32,968 bases of DNA from Promethearchaeota archaeon Loki_b32 (GTDB lineage: Archaea; Asgardarchaeota; Lokiarchaeia; Sigyniarchaeales; SOKP01): the NCBI GenBank assembly GCA_005223125.1, contig NJBH01000039.1, positions 1-32,968 of the forward strand, written 5' to 3'. The notes below the pieces were generated by a model that was not told where the DNA came from, made no database searches, and saw only the letters and a program-made list of their open reading frames with translations. Below, in pieces: positions 18,560 to 28,955 of this stretch. Made by a program: the position numbers and the translations under genes. The first letter of the stretch is position 1. Each line of letters starts with the position of its first letter.

Positions 18560-19275
18560 CATTTTGTTAACTTTAATTTTCATTAAAGATCAGACTATAC
18601 CTTCATCTTGTCATAAATCTTAGGAGTTGTTGTTTAGTATATTTCCTTTTTCCACTAGGATTCATCTGATAAGCCTTGTCAATAATTCCTCGCAAATAAT
18701 CAAAATTCAAATGATGTTTCTGATATACTTGCTTACATATTTCAGTAAAAAGAAGAAAGTCTTTCTTTTTGCTGGTTTGTAATGGAAATTTCTGAAAATG
18801 AGGAATGATTTTTTTAATCAAATCATCAATTTTTCTAACTTCATACTTGTAATTATGGTCGCGACTAGAAAATCTAATCCCTCCACAATTAAAGTAATCA
18901 CGAATAGATTCCAGAATTTCCCTATTACGTTTATGTTGAGAAATTGAGAAACTAGGTCTTACTTCGATTTTGGTTTTAAGCTTTGCACGGAAGTTAAATG
19001 AAACTGAGAAAGTTCCTTCTCCATCCGTAAAGCCTGTAATATATGAACTAAACTCCATAATTTATTTTTTCTTAACAAGAGCTGGCGTATTGCCCAGTTT
19101 TAAAAAACCGAGCCTCTTCTTTCGAATCAGTCGTTACAGGTCCTTATTTATAAAATAAGGTTCCCTCGGTATTAGCATATTCTTTTGTGTTGAAAGAACT
19201 TAGCCTTCACCGATATTAGCCAGTTTACTAACAAAGTGTTGCCACTATGTTCGGGCAAGTTGTCCGACAACATTT
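18560..19275 (-). mobile_element. Group I intron at 23S L1951 with homing endonuclease, 716 nt
   Basis: Interrupts GUCGGGU^AAGUUCC; ends in G; guide GCCCGA; core CUGUAACGACU and AAGGUAUAGUCU. Confidence 0.93.
18603..19058 (-). CDS. Single-motif LAGLIDADG homing endonuclease
   Basis: YITGFTDGEGTF motif, FSISQ, IIPHFQKFPLQTSKKKDF; inside the L1951 intron. Confidence 0.95.
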   Translation of the reverse strand: MEFSSYITGFTDGEGTFSVSFNFRAKLKTKIEVRPSFSISQHKRNREILESIRDYFNCGGIRFSSRDHNYKYEVRKIDDLIKKIIPHFQKFPLQTSKKKDFLLFTEICKQVYQKHHLNFDYLRGIIDKAYQMNPSGKRKYTKQQLLRFMTR

Positions 19276-20735
19276 ACCCGACAAGGGATTACGCTACTTT
19301 AACACGGTTATAGTTACCGCGGACGTTCACCGGAGGCTTAACTCACTTAGCTATTCCATCCGAAGACGAAACAACCGATAAGCTTAACACTCCGGCACTG
19401 GTCAGGCCTCAGCCCCTATACATCCTCTTACGAGTTTAGCAGGGACCTGTGTTTTAGATAAACAGTCGCCAGAGAGACTTTCGCTGCGGCCACATTGCTG
19501 TGGCAAGGCATATTGCGAACGTACGCCTGCTTGTTTGCCGAGTTCCTTAACGAGGTTTCACCCGTTCACCTTAGTACACTTACACTCGCCCACCTGTGTT
19601 GGTTTGCGGTACGGATCCAACATTTTTAACTCTACGAGTTTTTCCAGGTAGCCTGCTCATCCGAATTTATTTTGCCGTAGCAAAACATCTTGTCGACTCT
19701 TGATAATTCTTAAGCAAACAACAAGAATCCAATAACTTGCCCGGATTACTAAACTACGTCACTCTTCGAAAAAATGCTGAAGGGTCGGAATATTAACCGA
19801 CTGTCCATCAGTTACGCCTTTCGGCTTCACCTTAGGACCGCCTAACCCTTGGTTGATTGTCATTGCCAAGGAAACCTTGGGCTTACGGTGTCAAGGAATC
19901 TCACCTTGATTGCGGTTACTCATACCAACATTCTCACTTCTTAGCGCTCCATCAAACCTTACAGTTTGACTTCAGTGCACTAAGAACGCTCCCCTACCAC
20001 GCATTAATAAATTAATGCATCCTTATCTTCGGTACTGAACTTTAGTCCCGTAAATTTTCGGCGCAGAATTCCTTAGCTAGTAAGCTATTACGCACTTTTT
20101 AAAGGGTAGCTGCTTCTAAGCTCACCTCCTAGCTATCCATGGAATTCCACCTCCTTTCTCACTTAGTTCTCAGTCTTGCGACTGATCTGTTAAAAACAGA
20201 AGATTTAGGGACCTTAGATTAAGGTCTGGGTTGTTTCCCTCTTGACTTCGGACATTAGCGCCCAAAGTCTTACTCTAGTGATTGCGAAATTGATATTCGG
20301 AGTTTGGTAGAAATACCTACCTTGCGGCACGATATCTCTTCCAGTGCTCTACCTTCAACTTCTACTCATCTAGGCTAGCCCCAGAGCTATTTCGGGGAGA
20401 ACCAGCTATTACCAGGTTCGATTAGGGTTTCCCAACTTACCACAACTCATCCCAGAGTTTTGCACTACCCACGGGTTCGGGCCTCCTCCATCTTTTCAGA
20501 TGGATTCACCCTGGTCATGGCAAGCTCACCTGGTTTCGGGTCTCGCACACTCCCTTATAAACGCGCTATTCACACTTGGTTTCCCTATGTCTCCATCCCA
20601 GAAGGACTTAGACAAGAAAGTGCACGAACTCGTTGGTGCCTGCTCCAAAAGGTACGCCGTCACTGCGAAAAACGCAGCTCCGACTTTTTGTTAGCAAATG
20701 GTTTCAGGTTCTATTTCACTGGGATCACCTCCCTG

Positions 20736-20774
<39 letters not shown>

Positions 20775-21581
20775 GAGATTGAGTATTTAGCCTTGGCTAG
20801 TAGTTTAGCCTGTTTCCCACAGAGGTTTCATCCCCGAGTGGTACTCAAGAAGAACATCAAGGAGCATAAAGAGGTTTTCAAGTACAGGACTATTACCTTC
20901 TACGGTATTCCTTTCCAGGAAATTTCCTTTAACCAATCTTTATTTTTTAATCTCCTTCGGGTTGCCCCGACGACGTTCCCTTACAACCCTCCATACAAAA
21001 GTATGAAGTTTGGGCTCCTCCCTCTTCGCTCGCCGCTACTAAGGGAATGTTACTACTAATATTCACTAATTTCTGCGAATCAGATTCGTAAAAATTAGTG
21101 ATAAATTATTAGTAGTTCTTTTTTTCTTTTCCTCCGCTTACTAAGATGTTTCAATTCAGCGGGTTTACTATCCTGTTATAAAAACAGGATTGAATCGTTT
21201 TATCAACGAAACAGGTTTCCCCATTCGGAAATCCCCGGATCAAAGGTTGGTAGACACCTCCCCGAGGCTTATCGCAGCCACCCCACGTCCTTCATCGCCT
21301 CAATCTCCCAAGGCATCCGCCATTTGCCGTTGAGTAATCTTGCCCTCAAAAATTTCACAAAACGAAATTTTTATAAAATACTAAAGTGTATAATTTGGTG
21401 TTTTTAATTAATTTGGCTAGATTAAAATTTTACTTTTCCATATTAAGTTGTACAGTGCTTTCTATCCCTTTCAAACTTAAAAACCGCCTTCTGAAAGCGG
21501 TTTTGTTTGTAAACAAAAATTAAGAAGTTACCGCTTCCAAAAATTATATTTTTTTCTTTGCATTATTCTCATTATGTTTTT

Positions 21582-21609
21582 ATTCTAACAAAGTAAAAAG
21601 GGGTGTCAA
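21582..21609 (-). promoter_or_regulatory. Dedicated promoter for 23S-5S
   Basis: TTGACA (21609-21604), 16-nt spacer ending TGT, TAGAAT (21587-21582); ~240 nt upstream of 23S. Confidence 0.72.
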
Positions 21610-21618
21610 GCTAAAAGA

Positions 21619-21656
21619 AAACACCCCAAACTCAGGACACTGAATCTGGAGTGTTT
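21619..21656 (-). terminator. Imperfect hairpin after the CmpX-like gene
   Basis: AAACAC...GTGTTT closing stem; T-run follows on the minus strand. Confidence 0.4.
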
Positions 21657-21672
21657 CAATATATAGCAAAAT

Positions 21673-22353
21673 TTACCTTTCTGAGATTTTTTCTTTAACG
21701 TCAGCGATAAACTTAGCAGCAGCTTCTTTACCACCCAAGCCGAAAGACAATCCAAAAGCCAGTGTTATCATTCCTACAAAACCTTTAATTAAAGTATCAA
21801 TTATGGTCGGAGTAACTCCTAACTGAAGTAAAATTGCCAAACCTGCAAAAACATATATTGACCATCTGATTGCTACGCCTAAAAATCCAGCATAATCAAC
21901 TCCCATCTTCTTGACGCTAGCCTTGATAACTTTTTCTAAAATGTCTGTAATGATAATTGTTGCAACAAAAATAGCTGAGGCGACAATTAAATTAGGTAGC
22001 CAGGTTACGACTTTTTTTAAGAAGTCTGCAAACTGAACAAAACCCAAAATTTCAATTGAAGCTAGCAAAAATACAATAACTAAAATCCATTTTGCAATTG
22101 CTCCAATAAATTCAGATGGATTAACTTTTAATTCTGCTTTTTGTAATGCTTCTCTCCATCCAGCTCTTTCAAAAATTTTGTTAAATCTTATTTGCTTTAA
22201 AATTTCAGCTATTAATTTTCCTAAACCAATAGCTAGAAACCAGCCAATAATCAATACAACAAGCGCACCAATTAATCTTGGCAGAAACATTAGAAATCCT
22301 GCCCAGGCACTTTGTAGTGCCTCAAGTGTAATAATAGACCAATCTTGAACCAT
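21673..22353 (-). CDS. CmpX-like small-conductance mechanosensitive channel family membrane protein (TM-helix repeats)
   Basis: Repeats FLPRLIGALVVLIIGW and WLPNLIVASAIF; C-terminal AFGLSFGLGGKEAA. Confidence 0.85.
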   Translation of the reverse strand: MVQDWSIITLEALQSAWAGFLMFLPRLIGALVVLIIGWFLAIGLGKLIAEILKQIRFNKIFERAGWREALQKAELKVNPSEFIGAIAKWILVIVFLLASIEILGFVQFADFLKKVVTWLPNLIVASAIFVATIIITDILEKVIKASVKKMGVDYAGFLGVAIRWSIYVFAGLAILLQLGVTPTIIDTLIKGFVGMITLAFGLSFGLGGKEAAAKFIADVKEKISER

Positions 22354-22510
22354 CGTAGTAAGAGATATTTACTAATTAGATTACCGACCTTTTTAAAAGA
22401 TATTGATATATTATAGCATTATGTCAAAAAAGCCCCTGTGGAAAACTTTTTGCTCAATTTTCATTGACTTTTTGCATATTTTACAGCATTATAAAGAAGT
22501 TAAAAACACT

Positions 22511-23083
22511 ATGAAAAAAACAGAAATAGAAATACAAGTTAATATTGAAAACAAAAAACCCTTAATGGAGTTTTTAAAAAACAATGCTGAATTTAAATCA
22601 GAAAACCAGCAAATTGATGAATATTTTTCTCCAATTCATCGTAATTTTATTGAAGTCAGGCCTGTAAAAGAATGGTTTAGATTAAGAGATTCGGAAAAAG
22701 ATTATTCAATAAATTACAAAAACTGGCACATTGATGATAAAGGAAGAAGTATTTATTGTGATGAATATGAAACCAAGATAGAAAATCTGGACACAGTCAA
22801 AGAAATGTTGAAAATTCTTAACTTTAAAACCATAGCCAAGGTTAAAAAGACAAGGAAAACCTGGAATTACAAGGATTATGAAATAAATATAGATTCAGTT
22901 GAAAATCTTGGTGATTTTGTAGAAATTGAATATATTGGCAAAGAAAATGTAAATCCAGAAGAAATTATCAGCCAAATGGTAGATTTTCTTAAAAGCTTAG
23001 ACTGTGGAACAATAAAAAGGAATTATAGAGGATATCCTTTTCAATTATTATTCCCAAATGAAGTTGAATACGAAGAATTATAA
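22511..23083 (+). CDS. CYTH domain protein (class IV adenylate cyclase/triphosphate tunnel family)
   Basis: EIEIQ, QIDEYF, FRLR, EYET, VKKTR, DSVENLGDFVEIE, GY. ATG 22511 preferred over 22403. Confidence 0.88.
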   Translation: MKKTEIEIQVNIENKKPLMEFLKNNAEFKSENQQIDEYFSPIHRNFIEVRPVKEWFRLRDSEKDYSINYKNWHIDDKGRSIYCDEYETKIENLDTVKEMLKILNFKTIAKVKKTRKTWNYKDYEINIDSVENLGDFVEIEYIGKENVNPEEIISQMVDFLKSLDCGTIKRNYRGYPFQLLFPNEVEYEEL

Positions 23084-23105
23084 ATTATTTCAATAGGACA
23101 AAACA

Positions 23106-23135
23106 AAAAGATAGGACACGATCGTCCTATCTTTT
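23106..23135. terminator. Bidirectional intrinsic terminator between CYTH gene and tRNAs
   Basis: AAAAGATAGGAC-ACGATC-GTCCTATCTTTT perfect inverted repeat. Confidence 0.85.
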
Positions 23136-23141
23136 AGTTGT

Positions 23142-23218
23142 TGGTGGACCTGAGCGGACTCGAACCGCTGACCTCCACTATGCAAAAGTGGCGTTCTAGC
23201 CAACTGAACTACAGGCCC
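23142..23218 (-). tRNA. tRNA-Ala(UGC)
   Basis: GGGCCTG acceptor, anticodon arm CCACT-TTTGCAT-AGTGG, GTTCGAGTC, G3:U70, encoded CCA. Confidence 0.97.
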
Positions 23219-23222
23219 AATG

Positions 23223-23294
23223 TGGGCGCGGAAGGAATCGAACCTTCCACCTCTTCTTTATCAGAGAAGCGTTCTACCAATGAACTACGCGCCC
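23223..23294 (-). tRNA. tRNA-Ile(GAU)
   Basis: GGGCGCG acceptor, anticodon arm CTTCT-CTGATAA-AGAAG, GTTCGATTC; CCA not encoded. Confidence 0.97.
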
Positions 23295-23860
23295 AAAACC
23301 TCTAAGACAAATAATTTCTTTTTAACTGGTTCAAAATTCAAAGAAACATATTTATCATGAACTAATTTAAGATCCAAACTCTTAAAAACCTCAAGCCATT
23401 CATCCTCTGTTTTAAATGTCGTCTTATCTTTATTACCAAAAAATTTGTCAAATGAAAAGCTATGAAAATAACAGATAAATTTAGACAAAAAATCTTCTGG
23501 CAAGTCCTCATAAATAAAAATCCTGTGTTTTGCAATTCTTTTTGCTTCTTTTAACAATGCGATTGGATCCTGGCTGTGATGAAGGGTATAAGCGATTAAA
23601 ACATTGTCGAAACTGTTGTCAGGAAAGTTTATTCTTTTACCATCAATCAAGCTAAATGCTATTGGGAAAATCCTTCTGTCTATTACATCAACCCCAATAA
23701 CTTCTGTATCAAAGAAACTCTGGAAAGTATTAGCAACTATTGCAGAACCACATCCAATATCAAGAATTTTAGATTTATTCTTAATAAACTCTTCACACTC
23801 CAAACACATTTTGTGAGCTGATTTTTGGTAAAGTTTTTGAAAAATACGGTAAAATTTCAT
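23285..23860 (-). CDS. Class I SAM-dependent methyltransferase
   Basis: ILDIGCGS, GVDV, FPDNSFD...YTLHH; stop codon lies inside tRNA-Ile. Confidence 0.9.
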   Translation of the reverse strand: MKFYRIFQKLYQKSAHKMCLECEEFIKNKSKILDIGCGSAIVANTFQSFFDTEVIGVDVIDRRIFPIAFSLIDGKRINFPDNSFDNVLIAYTLHHSQDPIALLKEAKRIAKHRIFIYEDLPEDFLSKFICYFHSFSFDKFFGNKDKTTFKTEDEWLEVFKSLDLKLVHDKYVSLNFEPVKKKLFVLEVLGA

Positions 23861-23971
23861 TGATTCTTTCTGGTTTTGGCAAAAATTCCTGTTATTAAAG
23901 GCGTTCGACTAAGCAACCTAGCATATATTAACTTTAGGTTAAATTTTATTATTTGACAAGATTTTTTACCT

Positions 23972-23997
23972 AAAACACGCCTAAATAGGCGTATTTT
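23972..23997 (-). terminator. Intrinsic terminator of the surface-protein cluster
   Basis: Minus strand AAAATACGCCTATTTAGGCGTGTTTT hairpin with T-tail. Confidence 0.65.
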
Positions 23998-24030
23998 ACA
24001 CATTCAGCTTGATTTATTTTCCCTAAACAA

Positions 24031-25788
24031 CTATTCTTCTAGTTCTTTTTCAATGTCTTTAATCTCTTTATCAATAGTTTCTTGAGTTGAATCAAGAGCT
24101 TCCTGTAATTTACCCTGAATTTCTTTTTCTCTTTTGCTTAAACCCTTTCTATCATCAAGATATTCTATTTGCTCTTCAATTTTTTTCTTTAAAACCTGGA
24201 AAGCCTTTTCAACACTTTTCTCTGCTTCTTTAGTTTCTCTCTTTACTCGTTTTTGCCAAAGAGTAAGCTGATTCCGAGCATAAAACATAATTCCAATTAA
24301 AGATATTATTAGAACAACTAATGTAAACATAATACTTAGATAATCAATTGCTATTTTACCAATTTTTAAAAAAGGAGAGGAGCCGACCCAAAAATTAACC
24401 TCCTCAGATGGTAAACTTAAAGCTCCCCGTTCATCTTTAGCTCGAGCCCAAGCTTTATAGTCTCCTTTTTTTAAAAACAAAGAGGTGAAAGTCCAATTAC
24501 CATTTTCATCAACATTAACCTGGCTTATTATTGGCTCTTTGCCAAATAATTCCAAATAAAGCCTAACTGTTACATCTGGAAAAGCTGTTCCTTCTATAAT
24601 TAGGCTTTCATCTGGTTTTAAGCTAGTTGGAGCTTTGGTGATTACAGGCGATTCAATAGAAGATATTTCTATTTCTACTGAATCTGATCTGAAATTACCT
24701 GCTCTGTCAAATGCTATAACTTCAACAAAATATTTACCTGGAAGTTGAGATGGCATATGGTAAGGCAGATCTTTATATTCTATTGTTGCCAGCAGTTTAC
24801 CATTTGATATAACTTCATAATGCTTTATACCTGAAAGAGAATCGCTGGTACTAAAATACAAAACAGGGCGAGGGCTAGTATCATCTCCATCATTATCAAC
24901 TTGTATTGTAAAAGATTTTGGAGCTTCGGTATCAACTAAAACTCTACGATGCGAAATCTGACCCCAGCCATATTCGTTTTTAAATCTAATATGAAAATAC
25001 CATTCACCATCTGCAATTTCTTCAATTTTCTTCTCTCTAATTAAAGATGTGTCTTCAGATGTATATTCAAACGTTGGATAAGAATTAGGATTATTGTTAA
25101 GCAATAATTTAATTGCAGTAATATCGCTTGGCAATTCCCATGAAAATCCTGGATCATTATTTGAATACCATTGATTAACATCAGGATGGGTTAAAGAGCT
25201 AACAATTGGGGCAGCAGGCGCTCCAATCGTTGGCGGCAAATCATATGTTTCTTCATCGTCCCCTGCACTTAAAACATAGGTTCCGCCGCTCATGCTTTCT
25301 AAAATATTTGTTCCTATGCCATCAGACGCCAAAATAAAACCAGAAACAAAATCTACTTTGGATATTGCGCTTGCTTTTGGTCTAAAATTAATGGTTATAA
25401 TAAGTCCCGATCTTCCAATAAAATCATTGGTCGCTCCTCCGCCAAAATTTATACTTCCTGCAGTATTGGAGAAAACAGGTTCAGTAGTCCAAAGATTAAA
25501 AATTGAACCGCTTTTTGAAATGCTAATTACCTGAAGTTCATCTGGATTAAAAGTCAAAACCCCTTCAGCAGCATTAATAACCATATCTGAACTATTTACT
25601 TTCACTGCAACAGAAAAAACATTACCAACCTGATATGTGCTGTCTCCAGGAGATAAATACAAAGAAACTGAATACGCTTTAACTGTTGCAGGTAAAATTC
25701 CAAAAGCTATTAATAAACCACCAAACAATGCAATTCTTTTAAAAGAAGACAAATTGATTTTATTTCTTTTGCAATATTTGATGGCCAC
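24031..25788 (-). CDS. Cohesin-like + Ig-like domain surface protein with C-terminal TM and coiled coil
   Basis: Signal peptide; SLYLSP...FSVAVKV...INAAEGVLTFNPDEL...FNLW...ITINF cohesin-like pattern; DTEAP and Ig-like repeats; TM then charged tail. Confidence 0.75.
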   Translation of the reverse strand: MAIKYCKRNKINLSSFKRIALFGGLLIAFGILPATVKAYSVSLYLSPGDSTYQVGNVFSVAVKVNSSDMVINAAEGVLTFNPDELQVISISKSGSIFNLWTTEPVFSNTAGSINFGGGATNDFIGRSGLIITINFRPKASAISKVDFVSGFILASDGIGTNILESMSGGTYVLSAGDDEETYDLPPTIGAPAAPIVSSLTHPDVNQWYSNNDPGFSWELPSDITAIKLLLNNNPNSYPTFEYTSEDTSLIREKKIEEIADGEWYFHIRFKNEYGWGQISHRRVLVDTEAPKSFTIQVDNDGDDTSPRPVLYFSTSDSLSGIKHYEVISNGKLLATIEYKDLPYHMPSQLPGKYFVEVIAFDRAGNFRSDSVEIEISSIESPVITKAPTSLKPDESLIIEGTAFPDVTVRLYLELFGKEPIISQVNVDENGNWTFTSLFLKKGDYKAWARAKDERGALSLPSEEVNFWVGSSPFLKIGKIAIDYLSIMFTLVVLIISLIGIMFYARNQLTLWQKRVKRETKEAEKSVEKAFQVLKKKIEEQIEYLDDRKGLSKREKEIQGKLQEALDSTQETIDKEIKDIEKELEE

Positions 25789-25800
25789 AATTCTTGTATT

Positions 25801-26730
25801 TTAATTTTGGATATTTCTTTTTTTAATATTTTTCAAAATCCACCAGAATATTATGACACAAAGTATAAGGAAAATTGCCAAAAAAGTGAGCTGCCTTCTC
25901 AAAGGAGTATATTCTATAATTACTTGATTATCAGCTTGGTCAACTGCTTTTACTTTTATAATGCTTTGCAAGTTTTGATCTTTCAGCAAATACGGGCTTT
26001 GCGCAATTATCCACTCCCCTTTTCCTTCCTTAACTTCATAATAATCAATTCCTGTCTGTTTGTCAGCAGTAGAAAATACAATGAAGTATTTATTTTCAAA
26101 CATTTCAGGATTTTTATTAATTTCAACTTCAAATAATTCTGGAGGCACTAAATCTGTTTCAATTTGTTCTTGCCATTCGTTTTTAAAATCTTCTGATTGT
26201 CCAACTAAAAGAGTGAAAGAAGCATCTTTAAATTCAAGCTCTCCAGAAGCGCCAAAACCATCATTAAGCAAAACTCTTGAATTTTCTAAAAATTTAACAT
26301 TAGCAATGCTTGTTTGGAACAATTCTTTTACTTTAAATACTAATTTTCCAATCAAATTACTTTCACTCAGGTCTCCTGGCACTATTCCGCAATAACCGCC
26401 TGGAATTCCTCCAGCAAAAGAAATTGTTGCAGTTTCCTGGGAAATTAAAGGAGAGGAAACCCAAAGAGATAAAATAGAATTAGCTTTACTGAAATCAACT
26501 ATTTCTAAAACATCTTGAGAAAAAGATATGTCAGCTTCCACTATATTAATACATTCATCTTGTATATTTATTCTTGCTTCTACTATAAAAACATCTCCTT
26601 CATGATAAATATTATTTGCCGAAGAAAAATAAAGAACTGCTCCAAAGGCAGCTGATGGCAAACCAAAAAGAATAAAAAGTAAAAGCAAATAATAATTTTT
26701 AATTTTAAATTGTAAATTTATCTTTTTCAT
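25801..26730 (-). CDS. Cohesin-like surface protein with C-terminal TM anchor
   Basis: Signal peptide; GDVFIVEARI...INIVEADISF...LSLW...LVFKV; C-terminal hydrophobic helix and basic tail. Confidence 0.75.
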   Translation of the reverse strand: MKKINLQFKIKNYYLLLLFILFGLPSAAFGAVLYFSSANNIYHEGDVFIVEARINIQDECINIVEADISFSQDVLEIVDFSKANSILSLWVSSPLISQETATISFAGGIPGGYCGIVPGDLSESNLIGKLVFKVKELFQTSIANVKFLENSRVLLNDGFGASGELEFKDASFTLLVGQSEDFKNEWQEQIETDLVPPELFEVEINKNPEMFENKYFIVFSTADKQTGIDYYEVKEGKGEWIIAQSPYLLKDQNLQSIIKVKAVDQADNQVIIEYTPLRRQLTFLAIFLILCVIIFWWILKNIKKRNIQN

Positions 26731-26743
26731 TTTAATTTAATTA

Positions 26744-27835
26744 TTATCCTGTCCAGTGATATAGCATAATTGAAAAATCTGGCAAATCTACTACATCATT
26801 CCCGTTTTGGTCAGCGCAGATATTGTATTTGCCGAACCAATAAAGCAAAATTGAAAAATCAATTAAATTTACCCTTCCATCTTTATTCAAATCAGCATAA
26901 AGGCAGAATAGATCCAAATCGTCAATGTCCCTATCTTCTCCTACATAAAAACTTAGAATTTGACCAAAACCACTTTTTTCCTCAGGAGTAATCTGAGATT
27001 GCGCTTTAATAACATGAGAACCATCTTCTAAAACAATTGTATCAAAAGGTAAAAGCCAAGCACCAATATTATCAGAGACAACAGTTTCAATATGCTCTGT
27101 AGAAAAAACATGCACTTTTACTTCTATTTCTGGCACAGTTTGACCAAAAATATTTAAAATCTCTCCTTTATTTAAACTTGTTTTATTAAGTCCAATGGTT
27201 GAGGGTAAAAAAATACCAGAAACAGTGGTAATGGTGTTTGCATTCACTCGAAAGGTTAAAGTATAAGTAATTGACTTTATATTATTTTTATCTTTTGCCC
27301 AAACACTAAAACTCCAAATACCAGCAGTAATGTCTGTAATTTCTGCTTTAAAATCTGCTTTAGAATCACTCTTAACTGTTTTTATTAATTTTCCATCCAT
27401 TAAAATACTCATATCAGAAAAAGGATAAGCTTTCCCCATAAGAACAACTTTGGTTGGAACAGGGGGAAGATAAGTTCCTCCTCCTCCACCGCCTCCACTA
27501 ATCACAGGTTCACTTTGACAACTTGAATCACATCCATCTCCAGAACTGGTATTTCCATCATCGCACTCTTCTCCATGTTCAGATTGAACAATTCCATCTC
27601 CACAACGAATTCCAAGCCCACTACAGTCAGCTTTACAATAACCATACTGGCCATTATCAACACCATGATCACAAACTTCTTCTATCTCAAGAATGCCATT
27701 TCCACATACTCCTAAGATTTTAGCGCCAACTAAAACTCCGCCTTGAGCTTGAGCGGAGTTAAAATAAAAAACTAATGAAAAAAATATGTAGCTAAAAACT
27801 AATATAATTAAAGATAAATTGAGCAATTTCTTCAT
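26744..27835 (-). CDS. Secreted protein: Cys-rich (Myxococcus/DUF4215-type) repeats, Gly linker, Ig-like domains, C-terminal dockerin-like domain
   Basis: CGNG...EVCD and CGDG...EECDDGN...GDGC; poly-Gly linker; paired DLNKDGRVNLIDFS and DQNGNDVVDLPDFS. Confidence 0.82.
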   Translation of the reverse strand: MKKLLNLSLIILVFSYIFFSLVFYFNSAQAQGGVLVGAKILGVCGNGILEIEEVCDHGVDNGQYGYCKADCSGLGIRCGDGIVQSEHGEECDDGNTSSGDGCDSSCQSEPVISGGGGGGGTYLPPVPTKVVLMGKAYPFSDMSILMDGKLIKTVKSDSKADFKAEITDITAGIWSFSVWAKDKNNIKSITYTLTFRVNANTITTVSGIFLPSTIGLNKTSLNKGEILNIFGQTVPEIEVKVHVFSTEHIETVVSDNIGAWLLPFDTIVLEDGSHVIKAQSQITPEEKSGFGQILSFYVGEDRDIDDLDLFCLYADLNKDGRVNLIDFSILLYWFGKYNICADQNGNDVVDLPDFSIMLYHWTG

Positions 27836-27838
27836 TTT

Positions 27839-28912
27839 TCATTCTTCTGCATTATTACTTCTTCTTGCTTGTTCTTTTTGTTTTTTTATTCTTGTTGATT
27901 TTCTTGGAATTCTCTCTTCACTTACTCCAGCTTTTGCTATTATCCAGTCATTATAACGTTTAATTCCTTGAAAAATAATAAATAATAACGTTATTACAAT
28001 CAAAGAATTTAATAACATTAACCTCCAGGGAAAAATCCAAAAATTTAAACTATCTTGAGCGCTTTTTCCTTCTTTCCCAAATTCTATATCTAAAACAGCA
28101 CTATAATAACCAAAACCAAAGCTATTTCTTTCTTTTTTTAATTTTCCAAAAAAACCCTGCGCATCTGCTTCGTCAACAGGGTTTTCTGCACTTAACGTAA
28201 TAGAATAAGCTCTTTCAGCTCCTGGCAATGCATAATATTTATTTGGATTAGCTGAAAAAACAGATATTTCACTACCAAAAATATTTTTAATTGTTATTTT
28301 TCCTTCAGGTTTTAAATGTACACTTCCATCATTTTTTAAAATATAACTAAAATTAATTGGAAAATAATTGAAAACTTTTTTATTCGTCTGAAAGTTCTTA
28401 ATCTGCCCATCTTCAATCACATCCCCTGAAACATTAAGCAAAACTAATATTGCTATTCTGTTGCTAATTCCAACGCTGCCAGTGCCAGATCCTTCTGAAG
28501 GAGAAGTTCCCCAGAAAATAGCTGCATAATTACCGCCTGCATTTGCATTTTCAGGAACTGTGATAGTAAAAGAGGTTCTTTTTCGCTCTCCTGGGCTTAA
28601 ATGCACTTCCAAGGGGGAAGCTTCAATCCATGAAGCCAACCCTGCTACTTCTCCAGTAAAAACTGGGTCTCCCCAGCTTCCTTGTGTTTCAACGCTTTCA
28701 AAAGAAGGATAATAAGTTGCTTCACGGCTCTCAGTATTAATTAAAGTAATTGTTCCAGAAATTACATCTCCTGGATTAGCTGAGTATTCAACTTTTGCCG
28801 GAGAAACAGTTAAGGCGTGAGAACTTGAGACAAAAATACTGCAACCCAATACAATAAAGATTATAAAAATAAGTGGTTTTTTCATTTCATTTAAATTAAA
28901 TAGCCAAGTCAA
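27839..28912 (-). CDS. WxL-interacting (DUF916/DUF3324-like), PapD-like two-Ig-domain membrane-anchored protein
   Basis: LTVSPAKVE...PG...ITLIN, LASWI...L.PGE...FTITVPENANAGGNYAAI, NDGSVHLKPEG, FWIFPW then TM. Confidence 0.72.
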   Translation of the reverse strand: MTWLFNLNEMKKPLIFIIFIVLGCSIFVSSSHALTVSPAKVEYSANPGDVISGTITLINTESREATYYPSFESVETQGSWGDPVFTGEVAGLASWIEASPLEVHLSPGERKRTSFTITVPENANAGGNYAAIFWGTSPSEGSGTGSVGISNRIAILVLLNVSGDVIEDGQIKNFQTNKKVFNYFPINFSYILKNDGSVHLKPEGKITIKNIFGSEISVFSANPNKYYALPGAERAYSITLSAENPVDEADAQGFFGKLKKERNSFGFGYYSAVLDIEFGKEGKSAQDSLNFWIFPWRLMLLNSLIVITLLFIIFQGIKRYNDWIIAKAGVSEERIPRKSTRIKKQKEQARRSNNAEE

Positions 28913-28955
28913 TATAAAATCAACATGGAGCTAAATAATTTTTTCAAAAATCACC

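Noticed and set aside
18338-19158. 63-aa and 62-aa plus-strand ORFs
   Set aside because: Antisense to 23S exon and to the intron/homing endonuclease.
22403-22510. N-terminal extension of the CYTH ORF
   Set aside because: CYTH motif starts right after ATG 22511; the extension overlaps divergent promoter elements.
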